DNA from: an uncultured Christensenellaceae bacterium
GTDB taxonomy: Bacteria; Bacillota; Clostridia; Christensenellales; CAG-1252
Direction of reading: 5' to 3'
Assembly (NCBI GenBank): GCA_964368645.1
Contig: CAYJBY010000011.1
Coordinates: 19,239 to 83,238, forward strand
Length of the DNA stretch: 64,000 nt
Part shown: piece by piece, positions 39,191 to 49,530 of the stretch
Position numbering within the stretch: the first letter of the stretch is position 1
Layout of the letters: each line of letters starts with the position of its first letter
The notes under the pieces: model-generated
Databases searched by the model: none
What the model was told of the DNA's origin: nothing
What the model saw: only the letters and a program-made list of their open reading frames with translations
Translations under genes and position numbers: made by a program

Positions 39191-39864
39191 TAATTTACCG
39201 CTTGGAAGGGGAGTATCTGGAAGAGAATACTTATATAATTATGTCCGAAGAATCGGGGAAATGTCTAGTTGTCGATCCCGGTGCAAAGCCCTCTGCGATT
39301 GACGAAGCTTTAGCTTTTCTTCAGGTGAAATGTACGGCGGTTTTGCTTACTCACGCGCACTTTGACCATATCTATTCAGCGGCGCACTTACAGTCGTTGG
39401 GCGCGGTTGTTTACTTAGAAAAAAGCGGTGATGAACTGCTGAACAGCAGCGGCAATTTAGCCAAGGTTTCAGGTTGCGTTTGTCCGCGGTTTCATCCGCA
39501 AAAATTCCTACAAAACGAAGACGTTATCACCGAAATCGGCTTAAAAATAACCTTTTTGCATACACCCGGGCACTCCTGCGACAGCGGTTGTTACTTGGTT
39601 GATGGCAACCTCTTTTGCGGAGATACGCTTTTCCGCGGAAGTTACGGAGCTACTCATTTTCCGACAGGCGATTTTGCTCAACTGCGCGAAAGCATAAAAA
39701 ATATTTTGTTTGAATTGTCCTCTGATACAAAGGTTTTTGACGGACACACGCAGGTGCAGGGCGTCGTAACCAAGATAAGTGCGGACGTTGCTTTGACGCT
39801 TGCAGAACCTGTTACCACAATCGGTAAAGAAAGGATGACAAACCCAATTAATTATGAATATTAA
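39187..39864 (+). CDS. MBL-fold metallo-hydrolase (glyoxalase II-like)
   Basis: THAHFDH, HTPGH, GDTLF. Confidence 0.92.
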   Translation: MIIYRLEGEYLEENTYIIMSEESGKCLVVDPGAKPSAIDEALAFLQVKCTAVLLTHAHFDHIYSAAHLQSLGAVVYLEKSGDELLNSSGNLAKVSGCVCPRFHPQKFLQNEDVITEIGLKITFLHTPGHSCDSGCYLVDGNLFCGDTLFRGSYGATHFPTGDFAQLRESIKNILFELSSDTKVFDGHTQVQGVVTKISADVALTLAEPVTTIGKERMTNPINYEY

Positions 39865-41251
39865 ACTTATAACCAACGCAGCGGAGGGACTCCGCAACGA
39901 GCTATCGGACGTAATAAGGGCTTTTGAGCCTTACGTAATTTTAGACGATGAGGCACAGCAATCCGTTACCGTCGATTTTTCCGCTGATTCGGAACCTGTA
40001 ATCAGTATTTTTTCGGATTTTGCATCGCAGATAATCGATACCGCAGAGTTGACCTCCGACTCCGATTCCGTTAGAAAGCGCAATACAAAACGCCGTGCGA
40101 AAAGAGCGTTGTATTTCTATCTTTCCGATTTTCTTAAGGTAAGTCTTCCTTACGGCAGTTTAACTGGTATCAGACCGACCAAAATTTATTACGAACTGCT
40201 TGAGGAAAAGGTAGAGCCTTTTTCCGTACTTACGAATTATTTCGGAGTATCCGAGAGAAAAGCTCGTCTTGTCGGCAACGTGGTGGCAACACAGCAGGGT
40301 ATTTACAATACGGAAAAGGACAGATATAATACCTTTGTTAATATCCCTTTTTGCCCTACAAGATGCAGTTACTGTTCCTTTATTTCCGACGTGGTTGACC
40401 GGGTTAAGGGTAAGCTAGGCGGTTACGTTAACGCTTTGGTTCGGGATATTGAAGCGGAAAAACAGATTATGCCGATAGGCAAACGCCGCTCGATTTACGT
40501 AGGAGGCGGCACGCCGACTTCTATTCCCGTTTATTTGCTAGACAGAATACTTACGGCTTTGGACGCAAAGGGCGAGGAGTTTACGGTTGAGGCAGGCAGA
40601 CCGGATACCATAACTCCCGAAATTCTGGATTTACTTAAGGCAAAGGGGGTTACTCGCATTTCCGTTAATCCTCAGAGTTTTAACGATAAAACTCTACCGC
40701 TTATCGGAAGAAAGGGCAGTGCCAATGAGGTTGTCGCCGCTTATAAGCAGGCCTTGTTACGCGGCTTCGACGTGAATATGGACTTAATTTCCTCCTTACC
40801 GGGGGAGAGCGAGGCTGATTTTAGATATTCTGTCGATAGAGCGATAGACTTGTCGCCGGACAATATAACCGTTCACAGTTTGTCCATTAAACGCGGCTCA
40901 AAGCTTTGTCTTGATGGCTACTCGACTGACGACGTGGAAAAGGCGGTTGCAATGAACGATTACGCCGCATCGGCTTTGGAAAAAGCAGGCTATTCTCCTT
41001 ATTATATGTACCGTCAGAAAAACACTGTGGGGAGATTGGAAAACGTGGGCTACACCAAACCGTCGAAGGCTTGCGTGTACAACGTGGATATAATGGAAGA
41101 AACACACAGCGTTTACGCGTCGGGCGCAGGTGCGATAAGTAAAAGGGTAAGCGGTAATTTGATTACGCGTTTAGCCGAGGCAAAGGATATATTCGTGTAC
41201 CCTGAAAGAGTGGACGAATACTTGGAAAAGAAGAAGGATTTTTTCGCTTAA
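39854..41251 (+). CDS. hemZ: Radical SAM protein HemZ
   Basis: LPYGSLTGIRPTK, CPTRCSYC, GGGTPT, EAGRPD, PYYMYRQK. Confidence 0.9.
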   Translation: MNIKLITNAAEGLRNELSDVIRAFEPYVILDDEAQQSVTVDFSADSEPVISIFSDFASQIIDTAELTSDSDSVRKRNTKRRAKRALYFYLSDFLKVSLPYGSLTGIRPTKIYYELLEEKVEPFSVLTNYFGVSERKARLVGNVVATQQGIYNTEKDRYNTFVNIPFCPTRCSYCSFISDVVDRVKGKLGGYVNALVRDIEAEKQIMPIGKRRSIYVGGGTPTSIPVYLLDRILTALDAKGEEFTVEAGRPDTITPEILDLLKAKGVTRISVNPQSFNDKTLPLIGRKGSANEVVAAYKQALLRGFDVNMDLISSLPGESEADFRYSVDRAIDLSPDNITVHSLSIKRGSKLCLDGYSTDDVEKAVAMNDYAASALEKAGYSPYYMYRQKNTVGRLENVGYTKPSKACVYNVDIMEETHSVYASGAGAISKRVSGNLITRLAEAKDIFVYPERVDEYLEKKKDFFA

Positions 41252-41331
41252 TTGCACATAAAAAACGTAATTCGGAGCGAAATATAATAAAAAGCCTTTA
41301 CTTTGTCAAAAATATTTGTTAATATATCAAT

Positions 41332-41390
41332 ATACCTGTTTCTCGGTTTGGCAAATGCTCAATGCCTTACTTGGCAATAGGCGAATTTAT
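41332..41390 (+). ncRNA. Probable S15 autoregulatory leader
   Basis: Structured leader (CCTGTT...GGCA..TGCC...AATAGG) immediately upstream of the rpsO SD; identified by position only. Confidence 0.45.
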
Positions 41391-41408
41391 TTTCCAGGAG
41401 GCATCAAA

Positions 41409-41663
41409 ATGGATAAGAGCGAAATCATCAAAACTTACGCAAGATCAGAAGGCGACACGGGTTCTCCCGAAGTTCAAATTGCACTGATAACAGAGAGAAT
41501 TAAGGTTCTCAACGAACACTTGGCTTCTCACAAGAACGACAATCACGGCAGAAGAGGTCTGTTAAAGATGGTCGGCGCCAGAAGGAATCTTCTAGCTTAT
41601 CTTAAGGACAAGGATATCGAGCGTTACAGAGCGATAGTAGCCAAATTAGGTCTGAGAAAGTAA
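41409..41663 (+). CDS. rpsO: 30S ribosomal protein S15
   Basis: [22 protein letters not shown]; start moved to ATG 41409 after GGAGG. Confidence 0.97.
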   Translation: MDKSEIIKTYARSEGDTGSPEVQIALITERIKVLNEHLASHKNDNHGRRGLLKMVGARRNLLAYLKDKDIERYRAIVAKLGLRK

Positions 41664-41666
41664 TTG

Positions 41667-41695
41667 AAATGGGGCGTTTTTCAACGCCCTATTTT
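41667..41695 (+). terminator. Terminator between rpsO and pnp
   Basis: AAATGGGGCGTT-TTTC-AACGCCCTATTTT. Confidence 0.75.
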
Positions 41696-41755
41696 ACGTA
41701 TTATGCAAAATTTTGTCCGCTGTTTAGAGAAAAACAGATGGACTTGGAGGTTTAT

Positions 41756-43858
41756 ATGGAAAGAAAGATTTACAAAACTACAATCGGCGGCAGAGAAGTA
41801 ACCGTAGAAGTCGGTGCTTACTGCGAGCAGGCTAACGGCTCCTGTCTTATCCGTTGCGGAGACACCGTTGTGCAGACCAACGTCACAATGTCCGACGCTC
41901 CCAGACCGGGAATGGATTTCTTCCCCCTCGGCGTTGACTTTGAAGAGAAGATGTATTCCGTCGGCAAAATCCCCGGCGGTTTCAAGAAGAGAGAGGGACG
42001 TCCCAGCGATAAGGCCATTCTGGTTTCCAGACTTATCGACCGTCCTATCAGACCGTTGTTCCCCAAGGGCTTATACAACGACGTTGCGGTAGTAGCTACC
42101 GCTTTGTCCGTTGATACCAACATTCCTCCCGAGGTTTACGGTATGCTGGGCAGCTCCATTTCGCTGTCTATCTCCGATATACCTTTCGCAGGACCTACCG
42201 GTTCCGTAGTAGTAGGTTACGTTGACGGCAAGTATGTCATCAACCCCGACGCGGAGCAGAGAGAGCGCAGCAAGCTCAGCTTGAACCTTGCAGGCACCAA
42301 GGACGCCATTATGATGGTTGAAGCCGGTGCTAACGAGATTTCCGAAGAAGAGATGCTGGGCGCAATTCTTTTCGGTCACGAAGAGATTAAGAAAATCGTC
42401 GCTTTTATCGAAGAAATCAAGGCTGACTGCGGCAAGGAAAAGACCACCGACGTGGAGTTCTACACCGTTCCCGAAGAGATCGCAACCGCTGTGAGAGCTT
42501 ATGCTTCCGACAAGCTGGACTATTGCTTCTCCACCTTTGACCGTCAGGAAAGACAGAAGAGAGAGAAAGCGGCAGAGAAGGAGATTCAGGCTCACTTTGC
42601 AGAGATTTTCCCCGACAAGGCAAGAGAGATTGGCGACACCCTTTACGCTATGAAGAAGGAAAAGGTTCGCCGCAGAATAATCGACGAGGGTATCAGACCT
42701 GACGGCAGAAAGGTCACCGAAATTCGTCCTATATGGTGCGAAGTAGGTATTCTTCCCAGAGTACACGGTTCGGGCGTTTTCACCCGTGGTCAGACTCAGG
42801 CTATGACTACCGCAACCTTAGGCACTATCAGCGAGGTTCAAAAGCTTGAGGGCTTGGACGACGACGTGTTTAAGAGATATATGCATCACTACAATATGCC
42901 TCCTTACAGCACCGGCGAAGCTAAGTCTTTAAGAAGCCCCGGCAGACGTGAAATCGGTCACGGCGCATTGGCAGAGAGAGCATTGGAACCCGTTCTTCCC
43001 AGCGAAGAGGATTTCCCCTATGCAATTAGAACCGTCAGCGAGATTTTATCCTCTAACGGTAGTACCTCTCAGGCAAGTATTTGCGGCAGTACCTTAGCGT
43101 TGATGGACGCAGGCGTACCCATAAAGGCTCCCGTAGCAGGTATTGCAATGGGACTTATGAAGGACGACAAGAGCGACAAAATTGTTGTTCTTTCCGATAT
43201 TCAGGGTTTGGAAGATTTCTTCGGCGATATGGACTTCAAGGTAGCAGGAACAACCAAGGGTATCACCGCTATTCAGATGGATATCAAGATTAAGGGTATC
43301 GACGAGGGTATTCTCCGTACCGCGTTGGCACAGGCAAGAGAGGGCAGATTGTTCATTTTGAACAAGATGCTTGCAGTTCTTCCCGCTCCTCGTACCGAGC
43401 TTTCCAAGTTCGCTCCCAAGATCATCAGCTTCGATATTAATCCCGACAAGATTCGTGAGGTTATCGGCAGCGGCGGCAAGGTAATCAACAAGATTATCGA
43501 GGATACCGGCGTTAAGATAGATATCAGCGATGACGGTAAGGTCTTCATTGCCAGCCCCGATGGCGAAAGCGCGGATAAGGCTAAGAAGATTATTATATCT
43601 ATCGTCAGAGATCCCGAAGTTGGCGACGAGTACGAAGGCGTTATCGCTCGTATAATTCCTATCGGCGCATTCCTTGAGATTGCTCCTAACAAGGACGGTA
43701 TGATTCATATTTCCAAGCTCAAGAAAGAGAGAGTCGAGAAGGTTGAGGACGTCGTTAATATAGGTGACAAGGTTAAGGTTAAGGTCATCAAGATTGACGA
43801 GAAGGGCAGAATCGATCTCCGCTTACTTGACGTTATCGAAAAGGTAGAGAACAAGTAA
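41756..43858 (+). CDS. pnp: Polyribonucleotide nucleotidyltransferase (PNPase)
   Basis: [36 protein letters not shown] and S1 domains; start ATG 41756. Confidence 0.97.
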   Translation: MERKIYKTTIGGREVTVEVGAYCEQANGSCLIRCGDTVVQTNVTMSDAPRPGMDFFPLGVDFEEKMYSVGKIPGGFKKREGRPSDKAILVSRLIDRPIRPLFPKGLYNDVAVVATALSVDTNIPPEVYGMLGSSISLSISDIPFAGPTGSVVVGYVDGKYVINPDAEQRERSKLSLNLAGTKDAIMMVEAGANEISEEEMLGAILFGHEEIKKIVAFIEEIKADCGKEKTTDVEFYTVPEEIATAVRAYASDKLDYCFSTFDRQERQKREKAAEKEIQAHFAEIFPDKAREIGDTLYAMKKEKVRRRIIDEGIRPDGRKVTEIRPIWCEVGILPRVHGSGVFTRGQTQAMTTATLGTISEVQKLEGLDDDVFKRYMHHYNMPPYSTGEAKSLRSPGRREIGHGALAERALEPVLPSEEDFPYAIRTVSEILSSNGSTSQASICGSTLALMDAGVPIKAPVAGIAMGLMKDDKSDKIVVLSDIQGLEDFFGDMDFKVAGTTKGITAIQMDIKIKGIDEGILRTALAQAREGRLFILNKMLAVLPAPRTELSKFAPKIISFDINPDKIREVIGSGGKVINKIIEDTGVKIDISDDGKVFIASPDGESADKAKKIIISIVRDPEVGDEYEGVIARIIPIGAFLEIAPNKDGMIHISKLKKERVEKVEDVVNIGDKVKVKVIKIDEKGRIDLRLLDVIEKVENK

Positions 43859-43877
43859 TTCTCTTATAACAGAATAC

Positions 43878-43915
43878 AAAAAACGTCTTTTTGCAACACA
43901 AAAAGACGTTTTTTT
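43878..43915 (+). terminator. Terminator after pnp
   Basis: AAAAAACGTCTTTTTG-CAACA-CAAAAAGACGTTTTTT. Confidence 0.85.
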
Positions 43916-43954
43916 ATATCCTTCAAATGTTACTATGACTTAAGGGAGGCGGCT

Positions 43955-44263
43955 ATGGATATAAGTGCGAAAAAATACGGCGGAACGGTTACCGCCTATA
44001 TAACCGGAGACGTGGACGAACACTCCGCGCAAAAATTAAGAACTTTTTTGGATAATATCATTGACAGCGAGAGCTTTGCCAAGCTGATTATTGATTTCGG
44101 AAACGTGGATTTTTTGGATAGTACGGGCTTAGGTATGCTTATCGGCAGATATAAGCGGCTGAGGGAAAAGGGCATACCGCTTTTTGTTGATGGAGTAAAC
44201 TCTCAAATTGACAAGGTTTTCAGAATAAGCGGTATCTATCAGATTGTAGGAAAAGCGAGGTGA
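43955..44263 (+). CDS. spoIIAA: Anti-anti-sigma-F factor SpoIIAA
   Basis: STAS domain GDVDEH, FLDSTGLGMLIGRYK. Confidence 0.93.
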   Translation: MDISAKKYGGTVTAYITGDVDEHSAQKLRTFLDNIIDSESFAKLIIDFGNVDFLDSTGLGMLIGRYKRLREKGIPLFVDGVNSQIDKVFRISGIYQIVGKAR

Positions 44264-44265
44264 AT

Positions 44266-44703
44266 ATGAAATTAAGCAACTATTGTAGAATAGCCTTTTC
44301 GGGTATAACGGAAAATGAAAAATTTGCGCGGAGCGCAGTCGCGGCTTTTTGCGCAACGCTTAATCCCTCGCTGGAGGATATTAACGATATTAAAACGGCG
44401 GTTAGCGAAGCTATAACCAACAGCATAGTACACGGTTATATGGGGCGAGTCGGAGAAATAAGTATCGAAATATCCGTGTTTGAGGAATACGTGGAAATTA
44501 AAATAATCGATTTCGGGTGCGGTTTTGCCAACGTGGAACAGGCAATGCAGCCATTCTACACCACAAGACCGGAGGACGAGCGCAGCGGAATGGGCTTTAC
44601 TCTGATGCAGGCGTTTATGGACAGTTTGGAGGTGAACAGTAAAATCGGCGTGGGAACCACCGTCATAATGACGAAGAAGTTCGACCGAGCCGTGGTATGC
44701 TAA
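44266..44703 (+). CDS. spoIIAB: Anti-sigma-F factor SpoIIAB
   Basis: NEKFAR, KTAVSEAITNSIVHGY, ERSGMGFT. Confidence 0.96.
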   Translation: MKLSNYCRIAFSGITENEKFARSAVAAFCATLNPSLEDINDIKTAVSEAITNSIVHGYMGRVGEISIEISVFEEYVEIKIIDFGCGFANVEQAMQPFYTTRPEDERSGMGFTLMQAFMDSLEVNSKIGVGTTVIMTKKFDRAVVC

Positions 44704-45410
44704 GCCACGAGGAAACACTAAAGCTAATTGCCAGTGCGCAGGAGGGAGATAAAAGCGCGGCGGACAAGCTATACAGCGAGAATTTGCCGTTAATAAAAAG
44801 CTTAATAAAGCGTTATCGCAATACGTCACTGGAGTTTGACGACCTTATTCAGTTAGGCTCCTTGGGTTTGTACAAGGCGATAATGAATTTTAAGTGTGAG
44901 TTTAACGTGCGTTTTTCCACCTATGCGGTACCGATGATAATAGGAGAGATTAAAAGGCATATCCGCGACGACGGGCCGATAAAGGTTAGCCGTCATACAA
45001 AATCACAGGCGATTTTAATACAGCGATATATAGAAAGTTTTAAGCACGATAACGACCGAGAACCCACTGTTGACGAGATAGCAAAAGAGTTTAAGCTGGA
45101 CAATTACGACGTGGTTTTTGCCTTAGACAGTATAAAAATGCCCGTATCGCTTTACGAGCAGTATGACGATGACGGCACTTATCTGATAGACAGCATAAAA
45201 ACAGAGGATAAAACAGAGGAACTTATAGACAGAATAATGCTGAAAGACATCATAAAAGCATTATCCGAAAGGGATAGAAAGATTATACTTTTAAGATATT
45301 ACCGCGACAAAACTCAAAGCGAGGTAGCGCAGATACTTGGAGTATCGCAGGTTCAGGTGTCAAGACTGGAAAACAGAATCTTAGACGACATCAAAAAGAA
45401 AATGTCATAA
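44697..45410 (+). CDS. sigF: Sporulation sigma factor SigF
   Basis: FSTYAVPMIIGEIKR..RDDGPIKVSR, KTQSEVA..LGVSQVQVSRLE. Confidence 0.95.
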   Translation: MLSHEETLKLIASAQEGDKSAADKLYSENLPLIKSLIKRYRNTSLEFDDLIQLGSLGLYKAIMNFKCEFNVRFSTYAVPMIIGEIKRHIRDDGPIKVSRHTKSQAILIQRYIESFKHDNDREPTVDEIAKEFKLDNYDVVFALDSIKMPVSLYEQYDDDGTYLIDSIKTEDKTEELIDRIMLKDIIKALSERDRKIILLRYYRDKTQSEVAQILGVSQVQVSRLENRILDDIKKKMS

Positions 45411-45442
45411 GCCGTATATTAACCGTTATTAGGTCAAAAATC

Positions 45443-45471
45443 AAGTCAGGAGGAAGTATGCCTGACTTTTT
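45443..45471 (+). terminator. Terminator after sigF
   Basis: AAGTCAGG-N10-CCTGACTT-TTT. Confidence 0.7.
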
Positions 45472-45536
45472 ATTTGGTGTAAATCTAGAGGATAAAGAAA
45501 TTTTTAATAAGCCGATAACGGTAAAGGAGGAGCGGA

Positions 45537-45986
45537 ATGACAAACAAAGAGGATTACAGCAATTTGGTCAAGGAAAGGACGCCGAAGTCAAAGGAGATTA
45601 AGACAATTGTCTTCGCTTTTTTGGTAGGCGGAACTATTTGTTGTATCGGACAGGGTATCAGCGATTTAATATCCTTACTTTGGATTAAAAATATAGGAGA
45701 AAAGTCACTTGCGGCTTTGACCTCGGGATTTATGATAATTCTGGGCGCACTGCTTACGGGAATAGGAATCTATGACAAAATCGGAAAGTTCGCAGGGGCA
45801 GGCTCAATAGTACCCATCACGGGTTTTGCCAATTCTGTGGTTTCCCCTGCAATGGAGTTTAACCGCGAGGGCGTTGTATTCGGAATAATGAGCAAAATGT
45901 TCGTAATTGCAGGTCCTATAATCGTCAGCGGAATCGTTGCGGCAATAGGGGTAGGAATTATTTATTGGGTGGTGTCCTTGATATGA
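45537..45986 (+). CDS. spoVAC: Stage V sporulation protein AC
   Basis: AFLVGGTICCIGQ, FAGAGSIVPITGFANS, MFVIAGP. Confidence 0.95.
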   Translation: MTNKEDYSNLVKERTPKSKEIKTIVFAFLVGGTICCIGQGISDLISLLWIKNIGEKSLAALTSGFMIILGALLTGIGIYDKIGKFAGAGSIVPITGFANSVVSPAMEFNREGVVFGIMSKMFVIAGPIIVSGIVAAIGVGIIYWVVSLI

Positions 45987-46981
45987 ACGGGGGAAAGCAA
46001 ACAATCGTATTCGACAGACCGCCGATTATTGTCGGTCATTACGGTATGGCAGGTCCGAAGGAAGCAGAGGGCCCGTTATCCGAATACTTTGACGAAACCT
46101 TTAAGGACGATACTCTTGGCGAAAAGAGCTACGAAAGGGCAGAGTGTAAAATGCACCTTAGAACCATAGAGGAAGCCATTAAAAGTGCAAAACTAACCGA
46201 AAACGACATTGACGTAATGCTTTCGGGCGATTTGCTTAACCAAATTATTTCCTCCTCGTTCTCCGCGCGTGAGTTGGATATTCCCTTTATCGGATTATAT
46301 AACGCCTGTAGTACCTTCGGCTCTGCGCTTGCAATTGGGGCGATTCTAACGTCGGGAGGTTACGTTAGGCACGTGTGCTGTTCCACAAGCAGTCATTTTT
46401 CCACCGCGGAAAGGCAGTATCGTTACCCCTTGGAGTTGGGAACGCAGATGACACCCAGTGCGCAGTGGACGGTAACGGGCAGCGGCTGTACGGTGTTGTC
46501 CTCCGAAGGAGAGGGAATCAAGGTGACGTCGGCAACCTTTGGAAAGGTAATAGATTACGGTATAAAAGATGCCAACAATATGGGAGCGGCGATGGCTCCT
46601 GCGGCGGCATATACGCTATGCGCCCATCTTAGGGATACCGAGAGAAATGTCGAATACTACGACAAAATCATCACCGGTGACTTGGGAATTTTGGGCTGTG
46701 ACTTGTTCGATGAGTTAATGAAATCGGACGGCTATGACGTGAAAGACAGACACGAGGATTGCGGCAGAATGATGTTTGCTCCCGAGCAAAAAGTAAAGAT
46801 GGGAGGAAGCGGTGCAGGTTGCAGTAGTTTAGTATTCAATACGTTAATATTAGACAAGTTAGCAAAAGGAGAATGGAAGAAAATTTTGCTACTTCCCACG
46901 GGTGCGTTGCTGTCAAAGGTATCCTCGTTACAGGGCGAAAGTATCCCGGGGATTGCGCACGCGGTTTCAATTGAGGCTTAA
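45983..46981 (+). CDS. spoVAD: Stage V sporulation protein AD
   Basis: GDLLNQ, TSSHFSTAERQYRYPLE, NNMGAAMAPAA, GGSGAGCS. Confidence 0.95.
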   Translation: MNGGKQTIVFDRPPIIVGHYGMAGPKEAEGPLSEYFDETFKDDTLGEKSYERAECKMHLRTIEEAIKSAKLTENDIDVMLSGDLLNQIISSSFSARELDIPFIGLYNACSTFGSALAIGAILTSGGYVRHVCCSTSSHFSTAERQYRYPLELGTQMTPSAQWTVTGSGCTVLSSEGEGIKVTSATFGKVIDYGIKDANNMGAAMAPAAAYTLCAHLRDTERNVEYYDKIITGDLGILGCDLFDELMKSDGYDVKDRHEDCGRMMFAPEQKVKMGGSGAGCSSLVFNTLILDKLAKGEWKKILLLPTGALLSKVSSLQGESIPGIAHAVSIEA

Positions 46982-46982
46982 T

Positions 46983-47351
46983 ATGGAGTATTTTATCAAT
47001 TATCTAATAGTATTCGCAGTAGGCGGAGGAGTCTGCGTACTGGGACAAATATTAATAAACCTGACGAAAATGACCTCGGCAAAAATACTTGTTTGCTTTT
47101 TGCTGGTCGGAGTTTTGCTCGAAGCAGTGGGCGTCTTCGACGCGGCTGAGGAAGTGGTGCAGGCAGGGCTTACGGTGCCGATTATTGGATTTGGAGCAAC
47201 GCTAACCGCAGGGGCACTGGAAGGACTGGCGGAAAAAGGCTTGCTGGGAGTTTTTCTCGGCAGTGTTGAAGCAGGCGCGGCAGGCTTAGCGGCGGCAATA
47301 TTCTTCGGTTTTCTGTGCGCCATTATTTTCCGCTCAAAAACGAAAACTTAA
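46983..47351 (+). CDS. spoVAE: Stage V sporulation protein AE (SpoVAEb)
   Basis: FAVGGGVCVLGQ, AGLTVPIIGFG; third gene of spoVAC-D-E. Confidence 0.9.
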   Translation: MEYFINYLIVFAVGGGVCVLGQILINLTKMTSAKILVCFLLVGVLLEAVGVFDAAEEVVQAGLTVPIIGFGATLTAGALEGLAEKGLLGVFLGSVEAGAAGLAAAIFFGFLCAIIFRSKTKT

Positions 47352-47601
47352 GCGGAGCATTAGTAGAAGTAAAATGAAAAAAAATTGTTTCGGATATATC
47401 AAAATAATTGCAAGCACAGCAATACCTAAAATGGTAGAATTAATCTGTTTTCGGGCGGCTATGAGTATTAAAAAGTACAGACAAATTACGGGATAATAAA
47501 AGTGTTATGATTACAGTGTAAAAAAACACTTTTAACTAACCGAAAAGCAACGCAAAAAAGCTAGACACTTTTTAGCGGAAATCCGCATATAAATACTTAA
47601 G

Positions 47602-48264
47602 ATGAAGACGAAAAAGAATACAAAAAGCGTCGCAATTAAGGTCTTCGCGGCGTTTTCAGCGGCGGTAATAGTGCTTGTTACCGCTTTCGTCTATTTCCGC
47701 AGAAACGTCTATACTCACATAGAGACCTCGGCACGCGCCAGCGTATTGACGGCTATAAACGACTGCGTTAATCTTGCCGCGGCTGATTTTTTGAAAGGAT
47801 ATAATTACGAGGATTTAGTTCACGTTACAAAAGGCGCGGATAACAAACCAATAATGATGCAAGCGGATTCAGTGCAGTTATCGGTTATTGCGAGAGCCAT
47901 AGGCACGGCGTGTCAGGAAAAAATTAACACGAGTATGCCTGAAAATATTCAGTTTTATTCGGGTAGTTTCTTTGATAAGGTACTGTTTTCATCAAAGGGC
48001 GATTTCGTTGATATACCGCTTAGAGTAATAAGCAACGTATCCACAGATATACAAAACGTCTTTATAGCAAGCGGCATTAACCAAACAAGGCACTCGATTT
48101 TCGTCGTTTTGAGGGTGGATTCGGACGTAGTTCAGCCATTAATAACCGAAACGCTGAAGTTTAAGACGGTTGTTCTGTTAGCGGAAACCATATTGATAGG
48201 AGAGGTGCCTGAGGTTTTCATCGATTCTTTAGACGGATTGCAATACTTGGATTTAATTCCGTAA
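47602..48264 (+). CDS. yunB: Sporulation protein YunB
   Basis: N-terminal TM, YEDLV, SGINQTRHSI, LAETILIGEVP. Confidence 0.85.
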   Translation: MKTKKNTKSVAIKVFAAFSAAVIVLVTAFVYFRRNVYTHIETSARASVLTAINDCVNLAAADFLKGYNYEDLVHVTKGADNKPIMMQADSVQLSVIARAIGTACQEKINTSMPENIQFYSGSFFDKVLFSSKGDFVDIPLRVISNVSTDIQNVFIASGINQTRHSIFVVLRVDSDVVQPLITETLKFKTVVLLAETILIGEVPEVFIDSLDGLQYLDLIP

Positions 48265-48499
48265 AATCCTATCACTTTTCCAAACAAACGACTAACATAT
48301 TAACTATTTTGCGGAATACGTAGGGGAGTACTCTTTGAGAGCTTTAAGCGAGGATTTTGCAATTAAATTTTCCGCTAAAATAGGTATCATTTATATTATA
48401 ACTGCCATTTTCTTGACAAATTATCATTAATATGATAATTTACTATGTGAAACGCGTTTTCGCGTTATCTTTTTATGGGCATTAGCCTACGGAGTCGTT

Positions 48500-49516
48500 A
48501 TGAAAGACACTATTGACAGTATCATCAGCCAATGTTCCGAGCTGATAGCAAAATGCGATACTACCGTCGCTTTGGACGACGTTAGGGTTCGTTATTTGGG
48601 CAAAAACGGTGAGTTTACGGGCATTTTAAGACGTATGAAGGACGTTCCTGCCGCTGAAAAACCCGCTTTCGGTAAGTTGATTAACGAGGGCAGAGTTACC
48701 TTGGAAAAGCTTATCGCCGATAAAGAGCAGACTTTACGCGAGAAGGAACTTGCTTCTAAGCTGAACGACGAGCGTATCGACGTTACCTTGAACAAAAAAA
48801 GCGGCGTCGGTTCCACTCATCCGCTCACCTTGGTTAAAAACGAGATAATCGATATTTTCCTCGGTCTCGGCTTTTCGGTAAAAGAAGGTCCGGAAATCGA
48901 AACCGACTTTTTTAACTTCCAAGCCCTTGGCATTCCCGAGGATCACCCTGCAAGAGATATGCAGGATACCTTTTACGTTGGCGACAAGCTTTTGCTTCGT
49001 ACCCAGACCTCTACTATGCAGGCAAGAACGATGATGGCGGAAAAGCCGCCTATCCGTATAGTTGTGCCCGGTAAGGTTTACAGAGCGGACGACGACGCTT
49101 CTCACAGCCCCATTTTTAACCAAATCGAGGGACTTGTTGTTGACAAAAACGTATCCTTATCCCATCTAAAGGGTACGCTTGAGATGTTTGCTCAACGCTT
49201 TTTCGGAAAACAGACCAAGGTTAGATTCCGCCCCTCGTATTTTCCGTTTACCGAGCCTAGCGTCGAGGTTGACGTTACCTGCGCGGTGTGCGGCGGCAAG
49301 GGTTGCCGTCTTTGCAAGGGCACTGGCTGGATAGAAGTATTAGGCGCAGGCGTAGTTAATCCCGTGGTGTTCCGCAATTGCGGTATCGATCCCGAGATAT
49401 ACAGCGGATATGCTTTCGGATTCGGCGTTGACCGTATGGCAATGATTAAGTACGGTATTCCCGATATCCGCTTGCTTTACGAAAACGATTTGCGGTTTTT
49501 AACTCAGTACAAATAG
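48500..49516 (+). CDS. pheS: Phenylalanine--tRNA ligase alpha subunit
   Basis: HPARDMQDTF, FRPSYFPFTEPS, GWIEVLGAG. Confidence 0.97.
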   Translation: MKDTIDSIISQCSELIAKCDTTVALDDVRVRYLGKNGEFTGILRRMKDVPAAEKPAFGKLINEGRVTLEKLIADKEQTLREKELASKLNDERIDVTLNKKSGVGSTHPLTLVKNEIIDIFLGLGFSVKEGPEIETDFFNFQALGIPEDHPARDMQDTFYVGDKLLLRTQTSTMQARTMMAEKPPIRIVVPGKVYRADDDASHSPIFNQIEGLVVDKNVSLSHLKGTLEMFAQRFFGKQTKVRFRPSYFPFTEPSVEVDVTCAVCGGKGCRLCKGTGWIEVLGAGVVNPVVFRNCGIDPEIYSGYAFGFGVDRMAMIKYGIPDIRLLYENDLRFLTQYK

Positions 49517-49530
49517 GAGGCAGCGTTAAA

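Noticed and set aside
47570-48380. 12-bp inverted repeat TTTTAGCGGAAA flanking yunB as an invertible or mobile segment
   Set aside because: Short, AT-rich, no recombinase or transposase nearby and no target-site duplication seen.
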